64,000 bases of DNA from Welwitschia mirabilis (lineage: Eukaryota): the NCBI GenBank assembly GCA_051453625.1, contig JBOZIK010000001.1:24924849-24988848 (forward strand). The letters are read 5' to 3'. The translations under genes were made by a program, and so were the position numbers. Numbering within the stretch: the first letter of the stretch is position 1; each line of letters starts with the position of its first letter. The notes under the pieces are model-generated. The model did no database searches. It was not told the DNA's origin and was given only the letters and a program-made list of their open reading frames with translations. Below are positions 14,745 to 28,879 of this stretch, one piece after another.

Positions 14745-15828
14745 TGTTGCACTACCAATTTGTGATTATTTGATAGGGTTTTTAATGAGTTGTTTTATAG
14801 GACTTTTACACAGGTTTAAGTGTAATTCTGAGGATTTTTGAGATTCAATAGGAAATCTTGGAAATGTGCGATTCTTACCCAGATTTGATGTATAAAAATC
14901 AAATTTTAATGCATAGAGCTTTGGAGAAGGATTACTAACAAAAATACTAGTTTCTCTTCAAGAAAATGATCAAAGAATACTATCCTCCCCTTCGTCGTCC
15001 CCATGATAAGTAGGAGGAGGACTACGGATGTGGACTATTGAATCACTACTGAGTCATCATTCTGAATCATATTTCATAATGTGTTGCTATCTCCATTGTC
15101 GTCTGGATGATAGTTGGGATGACACTGATATGTAACCGACTTTGACAACAACCCTTGACCATTTTGTCCATTTCTGAATCTTAAATGAGTGCGCCTTTCT
15201 ACACCTACCATTTGTCTTTTTCTACTGTGAGTTGTTATAAATAAATCCTCATTTGACTCTACTTCTTATATTCATTGTATCAAAAATTCTTATGATAGGA
15301 GATCGAAGGGCAGAAGATCCATCTTGAGTGTTGCAAAAAGACATGTACTTGGTATAGGACTATGTATCCTCCATTGAGATCCAGCTATTTTGTAACCAAG
15401 ATGATTGTTACTCTTTCTTAATATAAACCTTGTCTTGTTTTACTATTTGCATTGAAGATTTTTTAATGATCTTTATAGTTTATGTTGTCCTTGATTTGGT
15501 AATAATTTCTTAGGTAATATAGATTATTAAGGTAACTTTTATTAAGGCTAAAAATAAGTAGTGTTAGTTTATTTTGCATTCATCTAAATTAGTTGCACTT
15601 TGAATTTGCATTACATTCCTTTATTTCCCTGCATTGTTATTTATTTCTGGCTTCTATTCCATTTTGTAAAGCAATCTAAGTCTCATCTCATAGTCTTTAA
15701 CGTGAATACGACATTTTGGATCTACTTCCACTCATACTAGTGTGATGTATTGTGTAAAATATCTATTTATTTTATGAATGATAAAATATTTTCAAACTTA
15801 AACACTTGCATAAATACACACTATAACA
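14745..15828 (+). repeat. 5' LTR of element B
   Basis: TGTTGCAC...TATAACA, similar to 22282-23056 and 23157-23981, and followed by the PBS. Confidence 0.88.
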
Positions 15829-15831
15829 TCT

Positions 15832-15849
15832 TGACACCATTGCCTGGGA
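15832..15849 (+). promoter_or_regulatory. Primer-binding site of element B (Athila-type, tRNA-Asp)
   Basis: TGACACCATTGCCTGGGA compared with the Athila PBS TGGCGCCGTTGCCGGGGA; differences are mostly G>A. Confidence 0.8.
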
Positions 15850-16499
15850 AAGCTAATGAGGAGTACAAGGGTTATCATCATTTGGGTGAGTATATCAGAC
15901 CTCTATTTAGTTATTTATCTATGTGACATTGTATTTTACTAGGAACTATATGTTTTCTATGTGAAATATTTTAGTTTTGGTTTTTCAGGTTTAGTTTTCT
16001 GTTAAAATTTATGATCGTCTCCTCTGTCGTTCCCACGACAGACAAGACGATAGTATGCAATTTTTTTTCTTGGTTTTATTTTTGGATTACAATTTTTTCT
16101 AAAATAAATTAGTTTTTATCATCTCCTATGACATCTGGATGACTAGTAGAACGATAGTGCTATTCTCTGAGTTTCTGTTTGCTATTTTTGATTTTGGTTC
16201 TATTTTTGTTTTTCTGGTTTCTCTGTGTATCTTCCCTTCTATCGTCTTCACAACAGACAGGATGACGGTCTATTATTTTTTATCTTGTTTTTTATTGTTT
16301 GCTATTTATAGGATGCTGTAATATAATCAATCTTAAGAAGAAATATCAGAGAGAAAGGCTACTGATAGAAAATAACATTAAAGAAGAACTGATGAATATA
16401 GAAATGAATCAGAAAAGGAATATCTAAGTGCACTTAAACCTCTTTCTAAAATTATGTTTTCTAAGTCAGATTTTCTTAATCCTATAGAAGGAGAGAACC

Positions 16500-18440
16500 A
16501 ATTTACAATGTCGAGTTCCTCCCATAAGTAAAAACAAGTTGTAGAATCTTATACCCCTCATGCAAACCTCACTCTTAGAGAATTGTTATCCAGTAAAAAA
16601 AAAGAGATTTAAACACCTTTTAATCTACCCAGGAGATGATGTTAAGATCAAAAATTTATATGTCTACCTAATTTGTAGTGGAGAAAATGATGAGGACCCC
16701 CTTCAACACATTTTAGACATTGAACAACTCATCCTCACCTTGAGAAATGGGAAGAAAAAAATCACTGATAGCACATATATGGTAATCTTGCCCATGACAT
16801 TAAATGGTAGAGAAAAACTTTAGCTAAAAACTATCCTCCACAAAAGCTTAAAAACATGGGATTAAGTCCATGAAACCTTTGTAAAAAGATTTATGAGTGA
16901 AGAAACTATGAGAAAAAGGAAAAAGAAGGTAACAAAATTTCAATGAAAAGCAAATGACGATTATGCCTATACTTATGAATGTTTATTCATAGCAATCCAT
17001 TCTAATATAGTATATGATTTTTCAAAATAGAACGAATAGACTATTTTATAGTGGATTAATTCCCCACATGAAACAACTTGTAGATTTCTCTTGTGGTGGA
17101 AACCTCATGAACCTTACACTAGATGATGCCTAAACAAAATTAGAAGAGCTTGTAAAGGTTAATCAAACTTGATAAACTCCTAAAGAAAATCCAATTGTAG
17201 GCCAACTCATTAAAGATTTGAAAGAAGTTAAGAAATAAAAAGAGGTGGAATCCAATCTAAAAACTTCCATGAGAGATTTTACAACTACCTTGGAGAAGTA
17301 TGCAAAAATAGTATTGGATGCCAAAACCACAACTGAAAGAAATGTTGTGCCAAATTGTGATTTATGCAACAATAATTATCATGTTATAAAAAACTATCCT
17401 CTTTTGCCAACATACAAAGAAAGAATTCATAAAGACGTTTGTGCTTTTAACCAATCATCTAAAAACTTTAAAAATCAAAATCAAGCACAACCGATGTTAA
17501 ACATTCATTTCCAAAATAGTTCTCAAACTTTTAAAAACTAATTTGAAAACACAAACTACCNNNNNNNNNNNNNNNNNNNNNNNNNNNNNNNNNNNNNNNN
17601 NNNNNNNNNNNNNNNNNNNNNNNNNNNNATCATGAGAAGAAACAAATGTCAAATTTGAAAAACAAAATGCCAACATGGAAAACATAGTAAACATCCTTCA
17701 ACAAACATTGCTAGCAAAACAAAGACCTCAATTAAAGAAACTATGAGTATAAACTTATGATTTTGGAAAGTTTTACAAGAAAAACTAGGGTACTCAAAAT
17801 TATGGAAAGACCTAATAAGAAGAAAACAAAAATGAGTTATCCCTAGCAAGGTCTTTACAGCTTGATCACAAATATAGTATTACAAAAATCATCTAAATTT
17901 AAAGATCCAAGAGCAGCTACGTTGAATATTACTGTAGATGAAAACAAAAAGATCAGAAAAGCTTTAATAGACATTAGAACGAGTGTTAACATTATGCCAA
18001 TTCACATTTGCAAGAGGCTTGGGTTAAAGGATAAAATAAAGCCTACTCCGATTATCTTAGAATTAGCAGATACATCAGTTAAGAGACTATTAGGCATTAT
18101 TAAAGATTTGACAATATAAATTAAAGAGTCTTGCTCCCCCATAGATGTGATTATCATATAAGTTAGGCATAATAGAGGATACCCTTTACTTCTAAGAAGA
18201 GCCTTTTGTGCAATAGCCTAGTGCATCATTGATACAAGAGAAGGAACAATGAAATGTTACTTTGGAAATAAAACATTTTCAATTAGAGTATTTGATGTAG
18301 CTGAGAAAGATTTAGATGATGATAAAATGAACATTAAAAGAAATATCAAACCAAATTTATTCCTACAACATCACCCACTTGAAGAAAGAGATATAAAATC
18401 ACATGAGCCTATGATTTATGATAATCAACTTGAGATTTAA
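16500..18440 (+). pseudogene. gag-protease pseudogene of element B
   Basis: ORF fragments EDPLQHILDIEQL (16560-16823), CDLCNNNYHVIKNYPLL (17245-17541) and KALIDIRTSVNIMP...LELADTSV (17862-18119) are homologous to elements A and C. Confidence 0.85.
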
Positions 18441-21400
18441 GGAACCATTGATACATCCAACTTTAAGAGTTAAATTTGACCTTTAAAGTGTAAGAAAGTC
18501 CATTTTTACAAGAAAGATTATGAGGGAGATTGTCCATTACATAAGCCAATAATTGAAGAGCATAATTTAAATCTAAATGAGAAAAATGTTTTTAATGGAT
18601 TTGGATATAATTTTATTTGTGATTCTCGAAATAAAACTTTTGCATTCCATGAAAATCTTTTACTAGAGTTATTATTTCTCTCCCCTTTGACTTCCAAAAT
18701 TTGTGATTTAATGTGGTATCATAGAGTGCTCTCCATTAATCCTAATTGCACATATATTATGTTTTATCAATTAGTTAATTTTTGGTTTGGACATTATTTC
18801 TCTAAAAATCTTAAGACCAAAACAGATCCTTAATTTTCCCTTTTTTTCTTTTCAATAAAAGTGTGCTTTAGATTTAGGAATTCAATTAAATGTGCTTTCC
18901 TTATTATTTTCTTTTCAATTTTCTATTTTGATAGTCTCTGATTTCATTTTTTGTTTTCATTTTTTATTTCTATCTGTAATTTCTATCTTCTGTTTTTTGC
19001 AATAATAATCTGTCGTCTTCTTTGTCGTTCCCATGACAAGGTGGACGATAGTCAGTTTTGTTAATTTTTTCAGCTTTTTGATATTTTTCTATGTTTTCTA
19101 ATAATTTTCTTTTTCCCCCTCTGTTGTCCTCTCTATCTTCTGGATGATAATTAGGATGACAATCATAAAATGTTGATTTTTGTTTTCTGTTATTTTGAGA
19201 AAATACATTTTTTTAAACTCTGTTGAGATTTCTGACTTAATTGTTTAAGAATTATAGGAAGTAAATGGAAAAAATTTGGAATTTCACGAGTAAACCATTT
19301 GAAGTTTCTCTTAGCTTTTTCCCTTAAAAAATTATTATGGCATTACTTGATCATTTTTCAAACTTGACTTATGTATTTATCTCCATGACTAGTCTTTTGA
19401 CTTGAGCATATCGATGGTAAGATTGGATTCAACCAATCTTAGGACATTCACATATTCATGAACTTTAATTTAAAGGAAGACGTTTTATTTTTGATATTTT
19501 TCTTAATGGTAAAAAGATCTTAGATTGTTTAAAGTGTTCTTTTCTATTTTAATCTTATGACTTTTACCTTTGTCTTTTGGAGTGTTTGATCATGTGGAAT
19601 GTTTTTTTTTGTTTAAAAAAAGGAAAAAAAAAGAAAAAGAGAGTGAAATAAAGACCATGATTTATTATGTTTGTGATATCTCAAAAACACGGTCACCAGG
19701 GCAAATATTTCCGAGAGGAGCCTTTGGCAGTGTAATATGGTACCTATGGGAACTCCACTACGAGGTCAGTTGATTATGCTTTACAGGTCCTTACTTCTTT
19801 GAATAGGGTTGCACTCCTCTCATCATGGATAATAANNNNNNNNNNNNNNNNNNNNNNNNNNNNNNNNNNNNNNNNNNNNNNNNNNNNNNNNNNNNNNNNN
19901 NNNNNNNNNNNNNNNNNNNNNNNNNNNNNNNNNNNATCAAATGTCAGGAAACATTTTAAAGATCCTTTAAAATTATCTTGAGAACTTTCTTGGAGCCCCT
20001 TTTCACATGTCTTTTCCAATGTTTCTCAAGATTCATAAAGCTTTCATAAGAGATTATCTTTCAATGATACTTATCATTTATTCATCTTTTATTTAAATTT
20101 GAAACAATGTTCTGTCTAGGTATTATATTTTTACTCTCAGTTCTTCCAATTGATTTTATTTAAGAAAGATTGCATACCTTTCATATTTTATCAATTGGTG
20201 AATATTTGGTTTGAACTTCATTTTTCTAAAAGAATACAAATATCTTGAGACCATCTCTCTTTTGCTTCCTCTCTTTCTTTTTAATAAAAGTATGAGTTAT
20301 ATTTTAGAATTTCAATAAAGTTTTCTTGCCTTGATCTTTTCTTCTGGCTTTTTTCGATACTTTTGAACTTGATTTTCAGTTTTCTATTTTGATAATCTTT
20401 GTTTTTTGCTTTTAGTTTTTGTTTTTGTTTATAATTTGAATTTTCAATTTTCTATTCTTTAATAATAATTTGTCACCTCCAATGTTTTCTGAATGACAAG
20501 GTGGACAACAATTTTTGTTTTCATTTTTTGTATCCACTTTTTCTATACGTTTTCTATGTTCCATTTCTATTTCTTTTTTGTATTGTCCTCTTGATCATCT
20601 GGATGACAAGAAGGATGGTAGTCAATAAAATAATGATTTTTATTTTTTATTTTTTTGTGAAAATACGTTTTTATGGCTCTGTTAAGATTTCTAACTTGAC
20701 TACTTGAGAATTTTAGGAAGTTAATGGACAAAAATTTGGACTTAATTGAGTACACCATCTGAATTTTCTCTTAGCTTGTTCCTTTAGAAGTTATTATAAC
20801 ATTACTTAATCATTTTACAAACTTATGTATTTATTTTCATGACTAGTCTTTTGACTTGGGCATTTTAGTGGTAAGATTGGATTCACCTAATCTTAGGACA
20901 TTTACAAGTTCATAAAGTTCAGTTTGAAGAAAGATGCTTTATTTTTGATATTTTTTATTATGGTAAAAAGATCTTAGATTGTTTAAACATGTTCTTTTCT
21001 TTCTTAATCTTACAACTTTCACCTTTGTCTTTTGGAGTGTTTGGTCATGTGGAATATTGTTTTGTTTATTTTCAAAAAAAAAAAGAGAGAAAAGAGAGAA
21101 ATAAATATCATGATGTTTTATATTTATGCTATCTCAAAAATATGGTTACCATAATGTCCTACCATAAGTATACCAGGGCAAATATTTTTAAGAGGAGCCT
21201 TTGGCAGTGTAATATGGTAGTTGTGGAAACTCCACTAGGAGGTCAGTTGGTTATGCTTCATGGGTACTTACTTCTCTGATTATGGTTGCACTCCTCTCAT
21301 CATGGATAATAAAGTTGTATTTAAACTTTGAGGCTATGGGATCAGTGGTGTTCCTGGTGTTATCAGAGGCATTGCTTAGACTCTTAATCTTTCCAGATGA

Positions 21401-22269
21401 TCATTTCATTTCTTAAGATTTGGGTGTTTATTTTGAGACGATGGTAGAAGAGTCTATTTTTGAGTAATTCTTTGGTCTGATCATTCATTGTTTAAAACAT
21501 TTTACTCTAGCATCGTCATAATCACTGCCTTATTGAATGGATTTTTTTATACATTAAGTCATGCATCTTCCACATCAAGTGATGTTATGATTTATTTAAT
21601 GGAATTTGATAGGTTAAAATATCAAATTGGTGAGCTATCTTTTGTTTATGTTATCTTATACCCATTCTTCTTATTTTATTTTGTAGTTTGGTTAGTTATT
21701 TTAAAGTCATTACCATATTTTCTTAGCATGTTTTCTTGTTCAAGTTTTTTATAAAAGATAATTTATTGCTTAGATAAGTGTTTTCTTCAGATTTTTGGTG
21801 TTGTAAGTGCTACTCATGTTCTTTTTGTGATGAAGCATTTTTATTATCCACTCTATATTTTATTTGTTAAAATATTTCATAGATCTATATTTTTCAAATC
21901 TGACATTACTCAGCTTTGCACTTTATTTAGAAAATTGTTCTCTTTTATGTGCCTTCTTATTCCTGTCTACTTTCTTTGCTTTATTTTTTCCAATATGGGA
22001 TGTATTATTTTTTCACTTGGGAGGATGGTGGGAGGGGGAAGGTAGAGACCTATTTTTCATGGCTCATTTTCAAAAACTTTTAACTTAATTTAGATCTTTC
22101 ATGAGATAAAATTTTCAAAATTGACATACACATTATGCATTACTTATTACTTATCCCTATGATGTGTTTTATGAGCTTGTTTTATAACTCCAGATTTATT
22201 TTTGAAAAATAATTAACTCACAATTATGATTTTTTTCACTTGGTTTTTGTCAGGAGCTGATAAAGGCTA

Positions 22270-22281
22270 AGTGAGGGGCTA
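22270..22281 (+). promoter_or_regulatory. Polypurine tract of element B
   Basis: AGTGAGGGGCTA lies immediately before the TGTT start of the 3' LTR at 22282. Confidence 0.7.
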
Positions 22282-23981
22282 TGTTATGCTACTAACTTGT
22301 GGTTATTTGATAGGTTTTATGAGTAGTTTTGCAGGAATTTTACATAGGTTTAAGTGCAATTTTAAGGATTTTGGAGATTTAATAGAAAATCTAAAAAATG
22401 TATGACTCTTACCCAGATTTGATGTATAAAAGGCACATTTTAATACAAAGAGCTTTAAAGAAGGATTATGACAAAATGCTAGTTTCTCTTTAAGAAAATG
22501 ATAAAAGAAGACCATCATTTCATCTGTCATCCACATGATAGGTAGGACAACAACTGCTAATGTGGACTACTAAATTACTACTAAGTCATCATTTTGAGTC
22601 ATCTTTTGTAATGTGTTGTCGTTCCCATTATCATCCGGATGATAGTCAGGATGACACTGACATGTAACCAACTCTGACAGTGACCCTAACCATTTCATCC
22701 ATTTCTAAATTGTAAATATGTGTGTCTTTCCACATCTATAGTTTGCCTTTTTTAGCTGTGAGTTGTTATAAATAAACCCCCATTCAATTCTTCTTCTCAT
22801 CTACATTACACCGGAAATTCTCATGACAAAAGATTGAAGGGAAAGAGATCCATCTTGAGTGTTGCAGAAAGATGTGCACTTGGTGGAGGGCTGTGTATCC
22901 TCCATTGAGACCTCACTATTTTGTAACTAAGATGCTTGTTACTCTTTCTTAATATAAACCTTATTTTGTTTTCATATTGGCATTGTAGATTTTTTGATAA
23001 CTCTTATAGTCTATGTTGCCCTTGATCTGATGACAATTTCTTAGGTGATATAGATTNNNNNNNNNNNNNNNNNNNNNNNNNNNNNNNNNNNNNNNNNNNN
23101 NNNNNNNNNNNNNNNNNNNNNNNNNNNNNNNNNNNNNNNNNNNNNNNNNNNNNNNNAGATACAAGAAGAAATCTCAGAAAAATGCAGTTATTATCCAAAT
23201 TTAATGCATTAAAGGCACTTTCTGATGAATAGAGCTTTTCATGATAAAACTGCTAAGTTTCTCCACAAGAAAATCATTAAAGAAGACCACCGTCCCTTTC
23301 ATTGTCCATTTCATCCATTTCTAAGTCCTTAATGAGTGTGCATAACTGCACCTTTTGTTTGTCATTTTTTGTTGTATTTTCCTATAAATAAGAACCCCCA
23401 TCTTGACTTCCCTTCTCATTTTTGATGCACTAGAGATTCTTATGATAGGAGAATAAAAGGCAGGAGATCCATCTTTATGAGTTGTAGAAAGATGTGCACT
23501 CAGTGGAGGGCTAGGTATCTTCTATTAAGACCTGGCTATTTTCTAACCTAGATGAATGTTACTTTTTAATATAAATCTTAATTTTATTTTTATGTTAATG
23601 TTATAGATTTTTTTATGACCCTGATAGTATAATGTTGCCCTTGATCTAGTGATAATTTCTTGGGTGATATAGATTATCAAGGGCAGTCTTAGTTAAGGAT
23701 GAAAGTAACTAGAGTTAATTCCATTTTACATTTACATTTAGAATAGTTGCATCTTGCTTTGTACATTGTACTTTATTTCTTTACATTTATTATTTATTTC
23801 TGGTTCTTATATTCTTTTGCAAAGTAACCTAAGTATCATTTCATAGTATTCAATGTGAATACGACATTTCGGGTCTACTTCCACTCATACTAGTATGATG
23901 TATTGTGTAAGATATCTATTCATTTTATGAATGACAGAATCCTTCTGAACTTAAGCACTTGCACAAATACACACAAAAACA
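22282..23981 (+). repeat. 3' LTR region of element B (two overlapping LTR pieces joined by a 100-N gap)
   Basis: 22282-23056 matches the first about 780 bp of the 5' LTR. 23157-23981 restarts near LTR position about 100 and runs to ...CACAAAAACA. Confidence 0.8.
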
Positions 23982-24324
23982 CCTTTGGAAAGAGAGTATT
24001 ATCTTATGAGGTAACTTTCATTATTGTAAAGCTTTGTGGTATGCCTATGAAAACCATTATTTCCTTATGGGGAAGAGAGTGCTTTCTTGCAAGAATACTC
24101 TCATTTGATGTAAGATTGGTGGTGTATAAGAAAACTATTATTTTCTTATAGATCAAGAATATTTAATGGTGTGAATAAAAGATACCCTTTGTATGTGAAT
24201 GTACCCAAGTTAGGGCACCATGTTATTTTTGTAACATTTCTCATTATGATTTTTATTCTTATTAAGTTTCATTTTTATTTAATGGAATTAATGCATTCCT
24301 CCTTTTTGAGTTCAATGATCATCA
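23982..24324 (+). repeat. Sirevirus 5' LTR, right part
   Basis: Matches about 43700-44220, including a roughly 85 bp internal repeat (AAGAGAGTG..ATCTT...AAAACCA.TATT). It ends ...AATGATCATCA. Confidence 0.85.
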
Positions 24325-24326
24325 AC

Positions 24327-24338
24327 TGACATTAGAGT
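24327..24338 (+). promoter_or_regulatory. Degenerate tRNA-Met PBS of the Sirevirus element
   Basis: TGACATTAGAGT compared with TGGTATCAGAGC, directly after the LTR end. Confidence 0.6.
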
Positions 24339-24377
24339 GGGTACCCCAAAACAAGAAGTAACTTTATTTAGTAAACA

Positions 24378-26092
24378 ATGGAAGGGGTGTCATCCATTAA
24401 ACCCCCACTTTTCGATGGGATAAACTATGCCTATTAATAAATGAGGATATGGGTATACTTATAATTTTTTGAGTTTTAAGTATTGTAGATCATAAAAGAA
24501 GGTTACACAGATCCTATAAAAATAATTACATATGCTACAGGTAATACCACTACTCAAATTAAGAAAAAAAAAGAGATTGGACAGATGAAGAAAAAGTTAC
24601 TTTCATGTATAATTCTAAAGCTAATAATTCACTTTATTCCACTTTATCTATAAAAGAGTTTAATAAAATAGTAGGTTTCAGGATGACACAAGAAATTTGG
24701 AATGTTATAATTGGAATATATGAAGGTACTTCCATTGTAAAACAATCTAAGCTTCTAGTTTGGAGAAATTAATTCAAAAATCTAAAGATGAACCAAGAAT
24801 AAAGAATTCATGAATAATTTACCAGAGTATCAAATACTATGAATGAAATATATGGCATTGGAGAAGATCTTCTAGAAGCCAAGGCAATTCAAGAAGTTAT
24901 TAGATCACTAACCCCTGATTACACGCCAAAGACCACAACTATGGAAGAATTCAAATACTTTAATATAATGAAGATAGAAGAGCTATAAAGTAAACTTGCA
25001 ACTTATGAAATGGATCTCATATAAGATGGATCCTTGAAGGAAAAATCTATTACACTTAAGGCAAGATATAATACAAATCATAGATCAAAAGAAAAGACAA
25101 AATAAGATCATGAAGAAGATGATTCTGATGATGAAGGTGAGGAAGTAGCCTTTATCATGAAAAGAGTACATAGAATACTTTTATGTAAGTACAATAGAAG
25201 AGATGAAATCAAAAGATTATTTAGATTTTAAGTAAAAGATAAGTCTAAATGTAAGTCATATAGTAATACTTTGTTTTTAAATGTTTCAAAAATAGAATGT
25301 TGAATATGTAAAGAAAGAGGATATATCACCTCAGAATGCTCTAGTGCTAACAGATAATAGGAACATGAACAAAAAAAGGAGCTAAAAAGGAAGAAATCAT
25401 TCTTTATTAGTTGGGATAATGACAATAAGACTATAGAAGAAGAAACATTAGGTAATAAGAAAGCACATCCTTCCTACATGACCATAGCACACACTTAAGT
25501 ATGATTCAGATACTAAGGCTAACATAGGTATGAGTATTCAAGAAAAATATGATTTAGTTTATGAAGAGTTTATTAATTTGTAAAAATTATGCATAAAAAC
25601 AAAAAAGTTACTTAATATTTGAAAAAAAGACATATAAACAAGAAAAGGATACTTGCAGTAAATTATCCAATGAAAACTTAGCTCTTAAAGCTAAGATTGA
25701 TAGACTAACGTGTTTTTTGAAGAATGTAAGACAAGAAATTTCAGATTCAGAAAATCATTGAAAAATTTACACAAGGAAAAGAAACCTTGAATATCATGCT
25801 TGACCAAAGTAGAAATCCAAATGATAAAAGTGATTTAAGACACAATAAGGCTACAACTAATACTTTAGCTTCTCTATTCGAAAAATGCAATTATAAGCTA
25901 ATGTATGAGCATTTGACATATACAACTAACATCATTTGCTATTATTATCATTGTAGAGGTTATTATCAACATGTATGTCCAATAAAATTTAAAGATAGTA
26001 CTACGCTAACAATTCCAAGAGGCATGGTAGATTGGTACATCATTTTCTACAAGATAAACCAAGGAAAGTTTGGGTATCTAAACCTAAAATAG
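24378..26092 (+). pseudogene. Copia/Sirevirus gag pseudogene
   Basis: Manual translation gives MEGVSSIKPPLFDGINYAY*, YEGTSIVKQSKL, zinc-knuckle remnants C*ICKERGYITSEC and CYYYHCRGYYQHVCP, and a terminal PRKVWVSKP. Confidence 0.88.
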
Positions 26093-26459
26093 ATATCAGA
26101 ACCAAGAAAAATACCCTTATCACATATGTAGTAGTTACTTAAGGAATAACAATTATGTTACAAACCAATGCAATAATTATTTTGTTGTTAATAATACTGT
26201 AAAATCTCAAGGCATTAAAGGATATACTAATTCACACAAAAAGATAGAGATTGGGCCTTGCCAATGAGGTAAGTAAAGTGGATAACATCCTTAACATCTC
26301 CACTCCATTACATTTATCTTATGAGTTGAGATTATAATTATATGTAGTTTGTGTAGTTAAAATTTAAATTATGTTTTTGATTTTTAGCTTCTCAAAGTAT
26401 TATTATTATTATTATGGTTATGATAGTCATAGATTTTTTTCAAAAAAATTTGACAATTT

Positions 26460-26725
26460 TATTGCAGACTTCTTAAGTTTTATAGATGTCTTTAACTAAG
26501 ACCTGTTAAAATTTATAAACATCTTGAAATTAGATGTCTTGAATTTTAAAGATGTCTTGGAAGGGCAGGTATGCTATTTTAATTCTTTGAATTAGATGTC
26601 TTAGTTTTCGCAGATATTTTGACAATAGCAAAATGTATTGAAAATGTTTTAATAATAGATGTTTTGAAATTTTTAGACATCTACTTTTTGCATTTTAGAC
26701 ATCTTGATATTTGTAGATGTCTTGA
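26460..26725. repeat. Array of AGATGTCT/AGACATCT motifs upstream of the env-like ORF
   Basis: Copies at 26484, 26532, 26550, 26594, 26675, 26697 and 26715, plus more degenerate ones. Confidence 0.8.
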
Positions 26726-27012
26726 CTATACTATTGTAGAAATAAAAATGTGCTAAAAGCTATGGTTTTAACCCTTGTTAATAACAAAAGGAATCATCAA
26801 ATCTTATTTTTAAGGATTCACTCAACACATGTCTCTATACAGTGAATTTTTAGGCTACATTTTTTCTAGATTTCTCAAGGTAGATATCTTAAATTCTTGA
26901 GAGATCTCGGCAATAAGAAAAACAACATTTTCTTGTAAACATGTGCACATTTTTTCACAGTTTTTTGCATTCCAGTTGATTTATTATCAGTTCTTCATTC
27001 TATTTTGTAAAA

Positions 27013-27108
27013 ATGATGAGAATAAAGGAAGTAGGAACCTCTAAGGGTAAGGAACAAGCTTCAAAATGATTAAGATTAAAAGATGAATCACAGTTCTATC
27101 ATAAGACG
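27013..27108 (+). pseudogene. 5' end of the Sirevirus env-like ORF, split by element C
   Basis: ATG ATG AGA ATA AAG reads MMRIKEVGTSKGKEQASK*. Coding-like sequence resumes after the TSD at 39729. Confidence 0.55.
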
Positions 27109-28366
27109 TGTTGCAGTTTGTATTTATGCAATCTTTTACATTCTTATTAAATCTTATTAATCACAAATATATATTGCAAAACATCAAACACTAGTATATA
27201 CCACTATGACCCGAATGTTGTAATTCATTAAAGGCATAGAAGAGAAGAAAGAGAATCGATTTCAAATGAAATATTTCTGTATTTTATTTTAAGTAGAACA
27301 AAATAAAAATGCAAAGTAAACAATGCAAGTAAACACATTATGCAAATAAAATTCAAAAGTAATTCAAATGCAATATCTATTCAATTACCAAATCAACCTA
27401 TTATAGAGATTAGACCTATATAACCTAGATCAATTAAGGAAATCCATCACTAGATTAAAACTAACCTAAGCTATTAGGTGTGTTAAATAGAATATGAAAA
27501 TAGAGTAAGTAAATATGAAATAAAATGCAATGCACCTAAACTACTAGTGTCAATGTTAACAAAGGTTGCCCTCATGATTTATATCATAGATAAGGCTGTC
27601 AAAAAATTATTAGTAATAGAAACCATAAAGAAGATGCATGTAATAAAAGATATAAAAAGAGAAATACATTTTTGATTATATTCTAACCAACATTCATGTT
27701 ATAATATAGCAACATGTCAATGAAGGATATACATTCCAACGCTAAGGAAGAAATTTCTCTGTAACAATAAGAGATGAATCTCCTATCCTTTGATATTTTG
27801 TCATGAGAATTTCTAGCATCAAAGAATATAAAATTGGAGTTAAGGATCAAGGAGGTATTTATTATAAATAAAACTATTAAAATAGCAAACACTAACATAC
27901 ATAATAGAATCCTAGTGGCCGTGTAAGAAGGCACATCATACATGGTGAAAGTTTGATGAAGTTTTGTGAATAGTTATTTTTAGGTGTCATCTTACTAGTC
28001 ATTTGAATTATAGAAGATGATGTCATATCATATATGATCCACGTCAGTTACTAGTTTGGTCCACTAAGCATCCTATTTAGCATGACGTCTTCTATCATCC
28101 ATACTATCATACAGATGATAAGATTAACGATAAGCTTTATAGAGTTGTTTCTTATATCAGATCAGCCTCTTTAATTATAGGATTTCTATTCTAGATAAGA
28201 AGTATTATAATTGCCTAAAATGGTATCAAATGTAATAAATATTGCATGTTTTTGTGATATTTTCCTCAAATCTCTATTATCATCGAAACTTAGCATAAAC
28301 TTATCTAATATCCTCCAAAACTACTCTAAATACTCTATTAAATGCATACAATTTGATAGCACAACA
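27109..28366 (-). repeat. 3' LTR of element C
   Basis: TGTTGC...GCACAACA on the plus strand, colinear with 38467-39728. Confidence 0.9.
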
Positions 28367-28879
28367 TAGTGCCTCAGTTAGCCTTATCAGCCCCTGATAC
28401 AAGTAGGCAATAATTATGATTACAAGCCAAATTAACTTAAAGATAAATCAACTAGGAAAAAACTTAAAATATCATCATGTGGGAGAAAAATAGATAAGTG
28501 GATATTTTACCTATTGAAAATAAGTGGCCATACTATCATCCTATATGTCATCCAGATAATGAAGGAGATGATAGGCTGAAAAAATATTCTTGAAAAATAG
28601 AATCCTATGAAATTTTTTTTAGAAAGATAAACATTAAAACACAATAAAATTAACAACCCCTAGTTAAATATACAACACATCATAAAAATAATCATGTGTA
28701 ACATAAAAAAATCATCATGATAAAATGTCTTAAAAATATATAAATGATGTGTACAATATTTCAAAAATGAAAGCATCCATCATAATAATACTTAAAAAAT
28801 GATATATCTATTAAAACATGAGTTTTTAAGTACAATTCATAGAGGGAAGGTACATAATATAATATAATAAATCACTTCC

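Larger units (their letters stand above)
14745..23981 (+). mobile_element. Athila-like Ty3/gypsy element B nested in the Sirevirus 5' LTR; gag and PR only, assembly composite
   Basis: Termini are TG...CA. Flanks CCCTT (14740-14744) and CCTTT (23982-23986) form an imperfect TSD. The uninterrupted site TTCCCTTATGGAAAAGAGAGTG is visible in the 3' LTR at about 43700. Confidence 0.85.
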
